DNA of 64,000 bases from Dicyema japonicum (lineage: Eukaryota; Animalia; Dicyemida): NCBI GenBank assembly GCA_011109175.1, contig RDEW01000008.1, forward strand, positions 511,698 through 575,697, in the 5' to 3' direction. Below are positions 49,550 to 62,595 of this stretch, in pieces; the stretch's first letter is position 1, and each line of letters begins with the position of its first letter. The position numbers and the translations under genes are program-made. The notes under the pieces were generated by a model. That model had not been told where the DNA came from. It did not search any database and saw only the letters and a program-made list of their open reading frames with translations.

Positions 49550-50060
49550 GGCGTTTATGTTTGCTTCGAACACAATGGCGCTGTGAAGGGATCGTCGATG
49601 CCAAAGGGCTGCACCCGCTCTCGTGCAATAGGAGTGCGGGTAGAACACCCCGGCATGCTGCAATGAATAACAATGTCATGTTATCTCTTGAAGCGGCAGG
49701 CTTTCTAGCAGTATCGGAGGGTGTGGGATTGGACCACGGAGATGGGAAAATACCAGATGGGTATCATCTTTCCCTTCACTTAAAGAAAATCGATCGTAAG
49801 GAACTGCACTGTTGTGAATTCTTTCTCGTACTCTATGATACTCAGCTCGGTGCTGTCTGCTTGATCGGTAATCGATATGGCCGATAAAATCAAAAGTAAA
49901 AAAATTTGGCGTATTTGGAGTCCTTACCGTTTTGTACTGGTAGAAATCGAGACGATTGGCCAACCGTAAGAAAGACGTGAGGGAAGCGGTCTGGATGAGG
50001 CAACGAATTGTAATCGCATTAGTCCGTGGAACGCCTACTCACTGATGTCAGCAGCCGGTC
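49550..50060 (+). mobile_element. CRE-like 3' fragment with internal rearrangement
   Basis: CEGIVDAKGLHPLSCNRSAGRTPRHAAMN...GLDHGDGKIPDG; ends RIVIALVRGT-like. Confidence 0.7.
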
Positions 50061-50379
50061 TCCCCCATAGTAAAAATAATATTTTATTGTTAATAAATTT
50101 TTCTTTTGTTAAAAAAATAAAATTATTTTTAAATGATTGTCGATTTCTGTGTGAACTTTAGAATTTAACGAATGTTTGCTTATTACAATAAAATTATGTA
50201 AAACAAGAAAACATTAATGCTCATGTTCTGCTACACATGTTTGCCAAAAAACTAATTTTCTCAAAAAACAGTTACATTGTCATTGAAATCAAATAATGTG
50301 AAATTTTTTCCTTGTAAAAGTAAAGAAAATTCATTTAATTTACTGATAATATCGATAAATATGCTACTTGTTGCAGCCA

Positions 50380-51370
50380 ATTGACATCGTTAAAAAATTT
50401 ACAAAATTGACATTTGAGTGGATTAAAAAAACATTAAGTTCATCTATTAATTCAAAAAAACGAGTCAAAATTTTGCCTTTCTGGTTACATTAGGAATAAG
50501 CCTTAAACTTACTTGGCTATGTAATAAAAGAGATGATGATTAGATACATTTCTTCACATAGTACTTTTAATAGGATCGATTGTAACAGCCGTGATTTTAT
50601 ATAATTTATTATTTTAACAACATTATCTATAAACAATATTAACGAGGATGGAATATTTATAAAAACAAGATCAAACCGGTGTAAAATACAATGCAAACAT
50701 GAAACTGTAGAGATACTGGGTTTATACGGTATACTGCATAGCAAACTTTTCGATCATTGCTTGAGCACCTTCACTGCAAACACCAATACATTTTTCCCAA
50801 TATAATTCCCTAGAAATCATATAATCATCGATTGCGTTGAAATTTTCTTGACCAGTTGTGTTTTTTGAAAAAATATACAAATTTAGTAATCTTCTTACAG
50901 TGTATAATTAAACTAATAATGAACAAAAACTAATATTTTTGATAATCCTTCAACATCAGTTGATTCGTCTAACTGAATAGATAAATAATCAGATTTTTTA
51001 AGACAAGGTTTTATTAAAGATTATGCTATAGTGTGAGCTTCTCCATTTTTTGCAATAAGGTAACTTCTCTCAGATAAATTAAATATTATTATCAACTTCA
51101 ATGAAATTTCAGTGGCTTTTAAATTTTTCATCTGTGTGAAGATCATTTGAGTTACTAAAAGCAGCAAGCATTTATTCAAAAAAGATGTATCTTTGTTTTT
51201 AAATTCTTTGTGCTCAACAATGAATGTGATGGAGCTAAGATGGAACTAATGTTCTTTTGACTTACTTTTGTGGCACATCAAACACTCTGCTCTCTTCGAA
51301 TCCTTTTCAAACTTGCAAAATCCATAAGTAAGATATTCTTTATTATATTTTCTATTCTTGAAGTGGAATA
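50380..51370 (-). mobile_element. hAT transposase, Buster/Charlie/ZBED5-like, internally deleted
   Basis: N-terminal KYNKEYLTYGF...AECLMC (ZBED5/SCAND3-like start), VCLQ..STQAMIEKF (CTDGAxAM region), HCILHRFDL...IINYIKSRLLQS.LLKVLCEEM. Confidence 0.78.
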
Positions 51371-51489
51371 TTAAAGTTATAAATTTTAATAACCTTACAA
51401 TCAACCAACAAAAAAAAATAAAACGCGAAATTAAAATAGGAAAATTTAACATATTATAACAAAATATTTAATTTTAATTAAGCATCACT

Positions 51490-53020
51490 AACACGAAAAC
51501 GATTCCTGATTGGGCCTGAACCGGTACAACTTATTTGACATCAAAGCTGGACAACATTCAGTCTGCTGCAGACTATCGACCGATAACCAGCATTCCGACC
51601 ATGTATAAGCTGATGCCCAGATAGGTGCTAATGAGGTCAGGAGCTTTGTAGAAGCAAATGTGATTCACTCCGCAAATCAGTTGGGTACTGTGCGAAATTG
51701 TCAGGGGGGAAAAAGAGGCATTGATCAATAAATGCCTTTATGTGTCTTACGTATAAACATCTTTGTCTAAGTAAGTGGATGTGAAGAAGGCATATGATAT
51801 AGTTAATCATATTGTTTTGTCAAGTGCCTTCACAGTCTGTATATGCATGTGTAGTTCATCAGCTTGTAGTGGCTGTGATGAATAGGTAAATTATTCATCA
51901 GAATTATAATAGGCTCCGGACGGACAAGGTAAGACTCAAGAGACGGATCCTTCAGAGGGATAGCTTGTCTACGCTGCTTTTTGTTCTCTGTTTTGAGTCA
52001 TTGAATCGCTTCCTCAATGACCGACTATAGGGTTAGATTTGAATTATTCAAAGTCTGCGACTTACACGCAAGTAAGTGGCGAGCTAGTAAAAGTCTTAGA
52101 GGAACACGAAAACATAAGTATCTGGGTGTTACCGAAACTCCAAATTCCCTTATAATGCCTGAGACAAAGCGACAAATTACTAAAGGCATTAGTAAAAAAG
52201 CATCGTTACTATCTAAGAAGTCTCTAAATGAAAGGAATTTATTCCTAGCATTAAATTTGTATGCTGTCTCGCTACTAAATAATTATATAGGTTTTGTTGA
52301 GTTTGAACCCAAAAAGCATGATAAGATGGATGTTAAAATCCCATGAGTACTCAAGGAGAATCACATAGATGCAAGACCGCAATATTTAATGTGTTCTATC
52401 ATCAAATAAATGTCCCCATTGTAAGTCAAGTAGCATGTCGGTTGATCTTTTAGGCACTCGGTGTGGATCCATGCTCTGCCACGACAATGTGTGAACGCAT
52501 AACGATGTAGTAAGGAGTCTTCATCTTCTACACTGCAATAAGTTTGGCATTTGTTACACCAGAAAGTTGCGGACTTATAAGGTGCAGTCCAAATTAAGAT
52601 AGACAGTGTTATCCGTACCTCAGTGCTAGTTAAGCACAATAAACCGGACATTGTGGAACACGATAAGGTGTCTGGCCAAGTCCTTATCATAGAAATTGGA
52701 ATCACGTCTCAAGACTATTAGCAGACTGTGAAGGGAAAAAAATGGAAGTAAGACTTGCTTGTCAACAAGATGGGACAGATGCTTGGTTGCAAGGTTATCG
52801 TTATTCCAATAGTAATGACGTGGCAAAATTTGCAACAAAGTACCACAAGGGATATCTGAAGCAATAGGTTGTAGATAAGAAGCTCCAAAAAAAATAAGGC
52901 GGACCCTAGAGAGCCTGACACTGGACTATAGGAGGCAGAACACGGAGATGCCATATGGGGACGTTATTATTATTACCTCCTGGATCACTTGGTTAAAAAA
53001 AGAAATAAAAGGTTTTCAAC
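51490..53020 (+). mobile_element. R2/R4-like RLE retrotransposon, internally deleted
   Basis: YRPITSIPTMYKL, NQLGTVRNCQG, DVKKAYDIVNH, ILQRDSLSTLLFVLC, YLGVTE, CPHC, HNDVVR, then the shared TTA-tail 3' end. Confidence 0.82.
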
Positions 53021-56000
53021 TAACTGTAATTCCAGACCGACAAGGAAGAAAATGAGTTTGGTGGGGTCGAGAATCCTGAACAGCTCTTCTCATTGGACAT
53101 AGCATCGGCTCAAAATTTCTGTATGATTGTAGATATTCCGATTGTGCATGGAATAGAGAGCAACTCGGTAAACGAGCCTCCTTTAAGAGTTTCCGCTGTA
53201 ATTCGATTAAGAAATAATCAATGGGCTGGATTTTGTGCTCTGGTCCAATTATCCTTTTTGCGGTCACCTCGATTGCGAATAGTTTTAATGAGGAGGGTCG
53301 TGAAATCTGTATTGCTTACGAAGGACTTGGATGCGTCATAAATTGTATATAAAACGTGCCAAGTTCTTCTGTTTTGTCTCTAAATGTTTTTGATAGCACT
53401 TTTAAAATTCTCATTTTCTTCAGCGCAGAAGTTATTTGTTCTCAAAATGTCGGATATAGGTGACTCATAGAATCTTCAGTGTTTTGTTAATAGGATCATT
53501 TTCTTCAGCGCAGAAGTTATTTGTTCTCAAAATGTCGGATATACGTGACTCATAGAATCTTCAGTGTTTTGTTAATAGGAATAGCCTCATTTTTCATAAA
53601 CATTTTTGATTGACAGAGCTGTCTTTTGTATCTGGTAAGCAGCGTGACAGAGGACTTTGTTGCTGATGTGTCAACTCTCCGCATTGAGAACCATAGTTAA
53701 CCATGTCAAGCATTTGTTGAGCTGACTGAGTCGCTGATTTAATGCTTTGTACTTGGGGGTAAGAATGATATCTTCGGTATAAAAGAGGATTGGGCAGTAT
53801 TCATTACAGGTTTGTGGCATGTCGTTTTTGTAGATATTAAAAAGGGCTAACGATAGTGGGGATTCTTAAGGTACTCCATTTGCTATGAGACGGGATTTTG
53901 ACTTTATGTTATTGCAAATCTCTTGTCCACATATTCCACTTAAAAAGTTGGCAATCCATAGTTTTATGTTTGGGTGGATGCATATATCGTTTATGTCCTC
54001 AGTAAAGAGTTTTCTTAATACTGTGTTGAAAGCCTTTGTTATATCAACAGAGACAAGGATTGTTCTTTGGTGTGGGATGCGGGTTGTAGTCTTCGATCTT
54101 TCAAGTTAATCTTTCGAGTTATCGGGAAAGTGAAAATAGGATCGAAATTTGTCTGTAGGAACAGGGGTTTTTTCGGATTTCCTGGCTTCCAGATCGGTTT
54201 GATGTATGATATTTTCCAGACATCCGGAATAGTGATCATATTTATTGATTTTGTGAATATTTAAGCAATTAAATCTTAAGAAAAAATCCTAGATGCTTTA
54301 GTTCAGTTGTAGAAATATTGTCAGGACGTAGGGCTTTGGAGTTTCGGAACTTTGATATTGCCCACTGGACGTCCTTCGCCGTAAATATGGTTCACACGTA
54401 TGATCCTTTCAGTTTTATACTTTTAAGAGTACTTGATGTTCTTTTGACTGGTTTTTATGAGCTAGGGAAGCATAGTATTCCATTAAAATGTTTAGTTGCA
54501 ATGATGTCCAATTTTGTGGTTCATCAAAAAACCTTTAATTGATTTTGTTCCAGACGTTCTGTAGTGACAATTTTCTGTTAGGGCATTTGATATTTCTGTC
54601 CCGCGTTTCTCGTTTGTTTTACTGACAAATTGGCTAATATCCTTGTTTAGTGTACGAATTCTTATTATATCCTACTCCGACGGTATGTTCANGTCCTTCG
54701 CCGTAAATATGGTTCACACGTATGATCCTTTCAGTTTTATACTTTTAAGAGTACTTGATGTTCTTTTGACTGGTTTTTATGAGCTAGGGAAGCATAGTAT
54801 TCCATTAAAATGTTTAGTTGCAATGATGTCCCATTTTGTGGTTCATCAAAAAACCTTTAATTGATTTTGTTCCAGACGTTCTGTAGTGACAATTTTCTGT
54901 TAGGGCATTTGATATTTCTGTCCCGCGTTTCTCGTTTGTTTTTGTGGTTCATCAAAAAACCTTTAATTGATTTTGTTCCAGACCTTCTGTAGTGACGGTT
55001 TTCTGTTAGGGCATTTGATATTTCTGTCCCGCGTTTCTCGTTTGTTTTACTGACAAATTGGCTAATCTCCTTGTTTAGTGTGCGAATTCTTATTATATCC
55101 TACTCCGACGGTATGTTCATTTTTAAATAGTTTATATCTTTGACTACATGTTTGGCTGTTGAATTGAATCGCCTTTTTGTCGGTTGTCTTCCCATTGAAA
55201 TAATTAATTTTCTATCTTCTTGAATGAACAAATGATGTTGTTTAGTTATGAAACAGCATATAGTTTTGATAACTTGATCCGCATGTCAATATAGCTCACA
55301 AATTTTGGCAAGTCAGCAATGGTATAATTAATTTAATAGGGAGTGACCTTCTATAATTTGATTTTGTTTTTATATGTAAAATGATTGGATTATGATCACT
55401 TATAATTTCGTACTTTACTCTCCATGAAATTGAAGAAGTTAGAAGGGGAGACGCGATTGCAACGTCAGGGAATGATGATTTATCATTTTGTCTTGAGGGG
55501 GTTTTTGTGTTAAAGTTAAGGTCGATTAGGATGCAAAAGGTTTCCAAGTCTTCGATTAGCATGTCTCACCACCTGTTTACGTCTGTCCTTTCAGCCAGAG
55601 CGGGTGTTTTGTATTTAGGTCTCCGCAAAGAACGTTCTTTAGTGAGCTGATGACGAAAATTTTAGGCAAGTGGCTGATGATGAAGTAGGTAGATAAGAAT
55701 TGATCAGAGTAAGACGTATCGTGGAAGTTAAATTTTTGTAGTCAGAATTTAGTTAATTTCATGGTTTCGGAGGCGATTGTTGACGTATTGGGTTATATCT
55801 TCATAAAGGATCCAGAATCGTATGATAGTTAGTTAGCCTCCCCAAAGTTTTCCACATCTATTTTTGCAGATAACTCAGTATCCAAGAAATCTTGGAGTTG
55901 TAATCGCACTTCTGAGTTTGGATTCTTGTAATAGAAGGACGTCAATTCGATATTTTTCCATTAGGTTTCTGAGTTCGATAGTCTTACATTTGATCCCGTT

Positions 56001-56100
56001 TACTTTTATTTGCATTATCTTTAGGGGTCCGGGTTCGATTCGACGTATCCACTCAAAGACATTCCGTCTTGTCATTCTATCTTTGTAAGATAGGGGCAAT
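53016..56100 (-). mobile_element. Jockey/I-like LINE, near full-length but decayed (EN + RT, ends SGIT)
   Basis: KIMQIKVNGI...IDVLLLQESKL, SFPDVAIAS...ISDHNPI (EN); WKISYIKPIWKPG (RT); C-terminus RSGITVS; internal duplications around N 54692. Confidence 0.75.
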
Positions 56101-56329
56101 TTAACTCTTTTCTTTAAATTGTCTCAAGTTTGGGAATAATTCTCATTGTCATGGACAAATAATCAAATCCTACTAGTAGCCGGGAATAATTCTCATTGTC
56201 ATGGACAAAATAGCTCAAATCAATTAAATCAAAAATATATTTAATATCAAACTAAATAGTGATACCATTCTCTCACTATATATGCTCTGACAAATGTTAT
56301 TGCATGTCGGATAAGCATAAATTGTCTTG

Positions 56330-56750
56330 CTCGACATTTTCAGACAAGATTTTAAAAGAAAATGACCTTATTCCTGAACGATCTATAAACTAAATCTTTA
56401 AAGAAGGAAAGTAGTCTATCTCGACCTGGATGTCTATTTTTAAGGTGTATATTTTCAATAAAAATTTTCTTTTGCTCTACTTTTTCTGCAGCAATTTTTG
56501 CAAAAAAAAAATTCCGGATGTTTTAAAGTATAAAATGTCAGAATTCGGATCAAACAATTGAAATAATGACGCCGTCCTTCTAAAATTCGATATATAATGT
56601 ATCATTTTATAAGATAAAACACCATCTTTGAGAAAAGCAATTATTTCATTCTTTCTCTCGATCGTCAAATCAACTAACTTTATAACAGAAAACTTATACT
56701 AGAGTGCTCTGGATTGTTCTTTTATTCCATAAGAGTTAAACCAATCTAAA
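56330..56750 (+). repeat. Copy of the 48050-48430 repeat
   Basis: AAATGACCTTATT...TCTCGACCTG...CCGGATGTTTTAAAGTATAAAA...GAGAAAAGCAA is the reverse complement of 48060-48430. Confidence 0.65.
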
Positions 56751-57149
56751 AAATAAACTTTTCTTTATAATTTAAATTTTTGATAAAAAAAATTTTTTAA
56801 TTTATAAAAAAAATCTAAAATAATGAATAGTGAGATTATTAAACAATAATTGAGAATTTTTAATATTTCACTTAGCTAATTTAAATTTATTGGTTGAGGT
56901 GGTGATGAAGCCTCTATTGCACTATATCTTATTCGTGATCCTTATAGACTTTTCCGTTCACACTGGGATCTTTTAATTGCAGAGGACTTAAATAACTTCA
57001 CAAGAAACACCAACTGGTATGCGATATAACAAAGTACGACGTCTCTATCTGCTACCGACATTATGGTCTCAGATTTGCAGTCCATCGGGACCTGATTCAC
57101 TGTGTTACATTAGTTTGGGCAGCATCTAGCATTATAATAAACATAACTA

Positions 57150-57760
57150 ACGCCACATCGGCATTTGTGGGTTCGACAAATCTCCAGTCCAAGTCTGGTG
57201 GAGATGCCGATGCGGACAGTATCGTCGTCAAGCTGGGTCCCGACACTGCCAACTGGGAGTGCATTGATCCATGAGCCACTCGATTCGCATCTTCCAGGAC
57301 TAGACATGCACGTATGTGTTGGTTTGATTTGTTCAGAAGCCTTTCATATTTATCCTCGCAGATGGTCCTGTAACGACCTTTCTGCTCAGGCATCATCCCC
57401 TTAAATGCTCCATCTCTGTGATTTCAGATGATTCTGGAGAATCATCCTGACCAGCAGTCGACTGAACCCAAAGAGGATAAATAAGCAGGGCAAGCCAGAT
57501 CTTTCGTTGAAGGGATTCCCAGTCCGCCCAGGCTAACGGGTAGGGTCGCTTGGTCCCACCCTTGGTCGTCAAATTTCACATTTGTGATACGTTATATAGT
57601 CTTCCGGAAGAGGGAATCGATAGCATCGAGCTGTTGCATTTTCAAGTAGCAGGGTGCCCCCCGAAGAACGTAGTTCAGTTTCTGTGCTGATTAGGCGTTT
57701 CTCAGGAGGAATAGTGAGGTGTGTGCGTCCAGCATCTCCAGATGTCTGAAGAGTAGAGAA
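57150..57760 (-). mobile_element. CRE-like retrotransposon fragment
   Basis: Nearly collinear with 21660-22170; ESSGSWINALPVGSVGTQLDDDTVRIGISTRLGLEICRTHKCRCG. Confidence 0.8.
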
Positions 57761-57769
57761 GAGTTTGTC

Positions 57770-58030
57770 GTATTATCTAGTTAAACAATTGTGTTATATA
57801 GCCTTAGACAGGTGATATACTTTATCGTCAAATCACTTCTTTTTAAATTTGTTTAGCACAGCTGTATTATTCGAACGAGCTCTTTTCTGTTTCCAAATAA
57901 TTCTTAAGTACAATTTCTAAGTTCATTAGGAACAACTTCCATAGACGAAGGATAGCTGATCTATCCCTTGATATGAAGTCGACGATGTCAGCATAAATGG
58001 ATTCAGCTATCTCCAAATATATTACAAACA
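57770..58030 (-). mobile_element. RTE RT C-terminal fragment
   Basis: Matches 20640-20920. Confidence 0.55.
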
Positions 58031-58039
58031 AAAAAGGAG

Positions 58040-59480
58040 AGATTTTTTTGGTGGGGTGGTGACGTGTTTCGTTACTACTCTGCACAACGGTTAAAAAAAA
58101 TTTCTGAAAAACACTCATGTTAGAAACGAGAACTTAGGTTAATGATGTTCAACGTACGTGCAATATCGATGGAACAACTACCGACTGATTCTCTTCCCAA
58201 CTGAACGCATGCACTACGGCATGGGATTTGCCCTACACGTAGAATACCTCAAAAAAATTTCATCACTATTGATGAGTCAACGACCGAATTTAGCCCTACA
58301 AGTCAAACTAAATGAACTATGCCCGTCCAACAGTCTATTAACCATCATAAATGTCTATGCACCACACTGTAAACGAGTAATCAAGAACCACGGTGAGCTC
58401 GAGGAATTCTACTCAGAACTATCAAGCACATACTTTAACAATGCTTCCTCGTCCTTGTCTTAGTTGAGGGAGATATGAATGCAATGGCCGGAATGCGAAT
58501 GGGGCCCGAAGAATCCTCTATTGGAAGACACGGGCGCGGAAGGAGAAATGCATCTGGAACCTCTCTGGTGAACATCTGTGAGGCAAATAGCCTTTTCCTG
58601 TGCAACACGGCCTTTACGCACTCAGCTTGCCACAAGACGACGTGGCACGGACAAAGAAAAAACTCTGTCGGTAGGACCGTGAATATATATAATCAAATCG
58701 ACTACATTAACTGCCGAAAGTCTTATAAACACCTGATAAATGATGCACGTTCCTACCAGGGAACAACAACCGACAGCTACGTCAGATTCGTCATTGCAAA
58801 ACGTTCTGTTAAATACACCTGACTGGGAAAAGATACATTGAAAACGTGAAGAAGCCAAGACAACGGCCTAATATATACTTTCAGACAGAAAAATCGTGGT
58901 TAGAGCCAACTTGTAGAGCTAAATATCACGAACAAATCGAGACTCTTATGGTGAAAACCGCACCGAAATCATTAGTACGAACTCTGTGGGATCAAACAAA
59001 GCAGATAATCTCCATGTCGGCAAATATTTGACTTGGAGTCCAAAATCATCACGCCCTAAACTTGGATCATCACCCGAGCGTGGTAGATATGGCAAAGCAT
59101 TGCAGAGAGTTACGTCTAAAAGCGACAAACACGTTAGACGAGAGTAAAAAAAAAGAGCTTAATATCCAACAATGGGAACTAAAGTGGAAAATCAAATATG
59201 AACAGAAAACACTCACGGAAAATTATTACATCCCTATTAACAGATGTGGAATGCCTAAAAAAAATTCAAGGATGTATGCTGCTCGCGGCTGCTGCGGACA
59301 AGGAAACGACAAAACATCCTTTACATCAAATACAAAGATGCAAAATTCGTGTGTAACCCGAAAGAAAAAGCAGAATTGATTGTATGCACTTCGAAACACT
59401 GTTGAATAAATAAAATTAGGACTTTCCTCTTTTTCAAGGATAAACAAAGGCGCTAAAAATCCCAATCACAGTGGAATAGG
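58040..59480 (+). mobile_element. RTE-like LINE 5' half (EN and linker)
   Basis: HYGMGFALH, IINVYAPH, GDMNA, GRGRRNASG..L...CEANSLFLCNTAF, NQIDYI. Confidence 0.85.
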
Positions 59481-59559
59481 TGGAATTAAGGATAAATAAA
59501 GGGATAAACAAACTGATGAACAAGATTCGAATAGTCTTTTTGAAATCTCCAATTTAATT

Positions 59560-60055
59560 GCATCAAAATCTCAAAAATTCGAAGAACCAAATCATTTTTT
59601 TTCTACGTGTCAGTTGATAGCAAAAAGGGATTGCCTAGAAGAGGAATTGGTGATTGAGATTCTGTACAATAGAGGTATATCATTAACCACTTGGCTGGAA
59701 GGCCTTAAAGTTTTCGCTCAATTTAATCGCTAATAGGTTAACCACTGGGTTTCGTATTCGGCTTCTGAGTGTGGTTAGATGTCTTAGGTTATAAGGGAAT
59801 GACAAAGAACTCCTACTTATTAACGACAGATATAGTTTGGAGTTACAAATAAAGTTTCTTTATAAACCAAAGATACCAAAATGTAACTATAATCCTTGTC
59901 ATAAGACCTCTTGAAGGTTTTCGAAATAATCCATCGAGATTTACTCAGTAAAGGAATTTTTGGAATCTGACTTAATAAAAATGATTAGAGTTATTTTACA
60001 TAGCACGAAGCGAATAGTTCGATTTGGCAGAACAATAATGTGACTACCCACCAAG
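59560..60055 (+). mobile_element. Fragment of the jockey-like LINE family seen at 13005-15240
   Basis: Reverse complement of ~14690-15190. Confidence 0.7.
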
Positions 60056-60059
60056 AAAA

Positions 60060-60810
60060 CTCAATCTCTTTTTTGTTGTTCGTAATATATTTGGAGATAG
60101 TTGCGTATCCTAGTAGAGAGGTAGCTTATTACTACGTCTCCATCTTTCATGAGTAATATCGTCTTCTCTTTTGATTTCCGTAATTTCAGTTTTGTTAACA
60201 TTTACGCTGAGAAACCATTTCACAAGCTCCGCAGGTGCATTTTCTAGCAGGTGTTGGAGTGCGGTAACATCCCGTGATACAAAATCCACATCATCCGCAT
60301 AAGATGTCTCTTCTATATCTCCTTTATAGCATTTACGGAGGTCGCGGAGTGCAGATTCAAGGTATATGGTGAATAGTAAAGGAAAAGGGAATCACCCTGG
60401 GGTGTCCCAATCGTTGTTTTGAAAATTCGGGAAGTTGCTACTTCTGTCCTCACAGATAGTTTTGTGTTCCCAAGTAGTAGTCTGATTATCCTAACCGACG
60501 ATTCATCCAATATTTGCTCAACCACATTCATCAGTTTCTGTCTGCGTATTGAGTCGAAAGCTCTGGAGAGATCTATTCCCAACACGGTTGTTACGCTCTT
60601 GAATCTTTGGTGCGTTGCTCAGCGCCATCTGTGGCTCCATACAATGTCTGCCGTAGACCTCCCTTCTCGGAACCCACTTTGACTTGCTGGTACGTATAGA
60701 TCCGCCACACCCTTTATCCGGCTAAGTGCAATGTTTGCCAGCACCTTGCGTATCGAATTCAGAAGTATTATCGGGCGGATATTTTCTACTGGTCCTTTAG
60801 ACGTGGGTTC
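60060..60810 (-). mobile_element. RTE-like RT fragment
   Basis: IRPIILLNSIRKVLA, SQSGFREGRSTAD, DLSRAFDSIRR, GTPQGDSL, YADDVDF. Confidence 0.85.
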
Positions 60811-61124
60811 TTAAAAGAAGAGGTCGAAATTTTGATTTTTTATATTATCATTAAAATGTAATTATGGAGATTAATTTGACGATATGAGTCGCGTGGCAAT
60901 ATCCCCAAGATAGAAAAAATTTGAAGACCTCAATTCTCCAAATAGTGTTAAATTTTAATCAACAATGTGCACCACACGTGTGTGTATTGGTTAAAGCGAT
61001 CGAAAAATTATTGATTATCTTACTGATTAATAACAAAGGTCAAACTTTAAGTGAATATTTATGATAATAAAATTTTTAGAAAACAAGTTTATGACGATTA
61101 TTAACAAAAACATTGTGTTGATTT

Positions 61125-61277
61125 CTAAAATGCTAAATTATAGGCAATGCTTTGTAAATAGTCAAGAATATCGCGATTATCGAAGTCATTTACAATGCGT
61201 TGAATTCTTAAAGCATTATCTCTGTATTTTTTCTTTTGTGTAGGACCTTCCCCACCAGCAATATACTGTTCAATTTT
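61125..61277 (-). mobile_element. MULE (Mutator-like) transposase C-terminus
   Basis: KIEQYIAGGEGPTQKKKYRDNALRIQRIVNDFDNRDILDYLQSIAYNLAF-stop resembles the typical invertebrate MULE terminus (KKYR..xxRIxxIVxxY/FxxRxxLDYLxxIAxNL); cut by the gap. Confidence 0.7.
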
Positions 61278-61347
61278 NNNNNNNNNNNNNNNNNNNNNNN
61301 NNNNNNNNNNNNNNNNNNNNNNNNNNNNNNNNNNNNNNNNNNNNNNN
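61278..61347. other. Assembly gap (70 N)
   Basis: Run of N. Confidence 1.
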
Positions 61348-62595
61348 GGTGCGGTTTTCACCATAAGAGTCTCGATTTGTTCGTGATATTTAGCTCTACA
61401 AGTTGGCTCTAACCACAATTTTTCTGTCTGAAAGTATATGTTGGGTCTTTGTCTCGCCTTCTTCGCGTTTTCAATGTATTTTTTCCCAGTCAGGTGCTTT
61501 TTTACACAGTTTTGCAATGACGATCCTGTGGTCGCTGTTGGTTGTTGTTCCCTGGTAGGAACGTGCATCATTTATCAGGTGTTTATCAGACTTTCGGCAG
61601 ATAATGTAGTCGATTTGATTATATATATTCACGGTCTCTCCGACAGAGTTTTTTCTTTGTCCGTGCCACGTCGTCTTGTGGCAAGCTGAGTGCGTAAAGG
61701 CCGTGTTGCACAGGAAGGTGTTTATCAGACTTTCGGCAGATAATGTAGTCGATTTGATTATATATATTCACGGTCTCTCCGACAGAGTTTTTTCTTTGTC
61801 CGTGCCACGTCGTCTTGTGGCAAGCTGAGTGCGTAAAGGCCGTGTTGCACAGGAAAAGGCTATTTGCCTCGCAGAAGTTTACCAGAGAGGCTCCAGATGC
61901 ATTTCTCCTTCCGCGCCCGTGTCTTCCAATAGAGGATTCTACGGGCCCCATTCGCATTTCGGCCTTTGCATTCATATCTCCCGCAACAAAGACAAGAGAC
62001 GAGGAAGCATTGTTAGAGTATGTGCTTGATAGTTCTGAGTAGAATTCCTCGAGTCTACTCGATTACTCGTCCACAGTGTGGTGCATAGACATTTATGACG
62101 GTTAGTAGACTCTTGGACGGGCATAGTTCATTTAGTTTGACCTGTAGGACACATATTCGGTCGTTGACTCTCCAATAGCGATGTAATTTTTTGAGGTAAT
62201 CCACGTGTAGGGCAAATCCCATGCCGTAGTGTTTTGACCTGTAGGACACATATTCGGTCGTTGACTCTCCAATAGCGATGTAATTTTTTGAGGTAATCCA
62301 CGTGTAGGGCAAATCCCATGCCGTAGTGTTTGGATTCAGTTGGGAAGAGAATCAATCGGTAGTTTTTCCATGTCTCATCGCGTCCATTTTCGATTTTCGT
62401 CTCTTGTAGGCAGCCAATAGATATTTTGTATTTCTCGAGATCGTCACAAAGTACTTTCCTTGTCCAATCTTTCGATATTCCACGTACGTTGACGTCATTA
62501 GCCTGAGTTCTCGATTGTATGATGAGTGTTTTTCAGACATTTTTCTTAACCGTTGTACAGAGAAGAAACGAGGCACGTCACCACCTCACCAAAAA
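61348..62595 (-). mobile_element. RTE-like LINE 5' part (EN), inverted relative of 58040-59480
   Basis: Same EN motifs (ORFs 61619-61975, 62055-62355); internal ~100-130 bp duplications. Confidence 0.85.

Noticed and set aside
26207-54692. Direct duplications flanking single Ns at 26207, 30833, 39191, 46965 and 54692 (32430 treated separately)
   Set aside because: Typical of unmerged overlapping contig ends or haplotypes in scaffolding; not counted as biological repeats.
61125-61571. 148 aa ORF joining RTE sequence to a MULE C-terminus
   Set aside because: The frame runs through 70 Ns; the fusion is an ORF-calling artefact.
27280-62330. Many 70-170 bp local tandem duplications (27280-27470, 27900-28230, 38341-38570, 53410-53580, 61560-61850, 62130-62330)
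   Set aside because: Read-length scale and concentration in repeats suggest gap-filling artefacts; they are not spacer-separated arrays, so not CRISPR-like. Raw reads are needed to decide.
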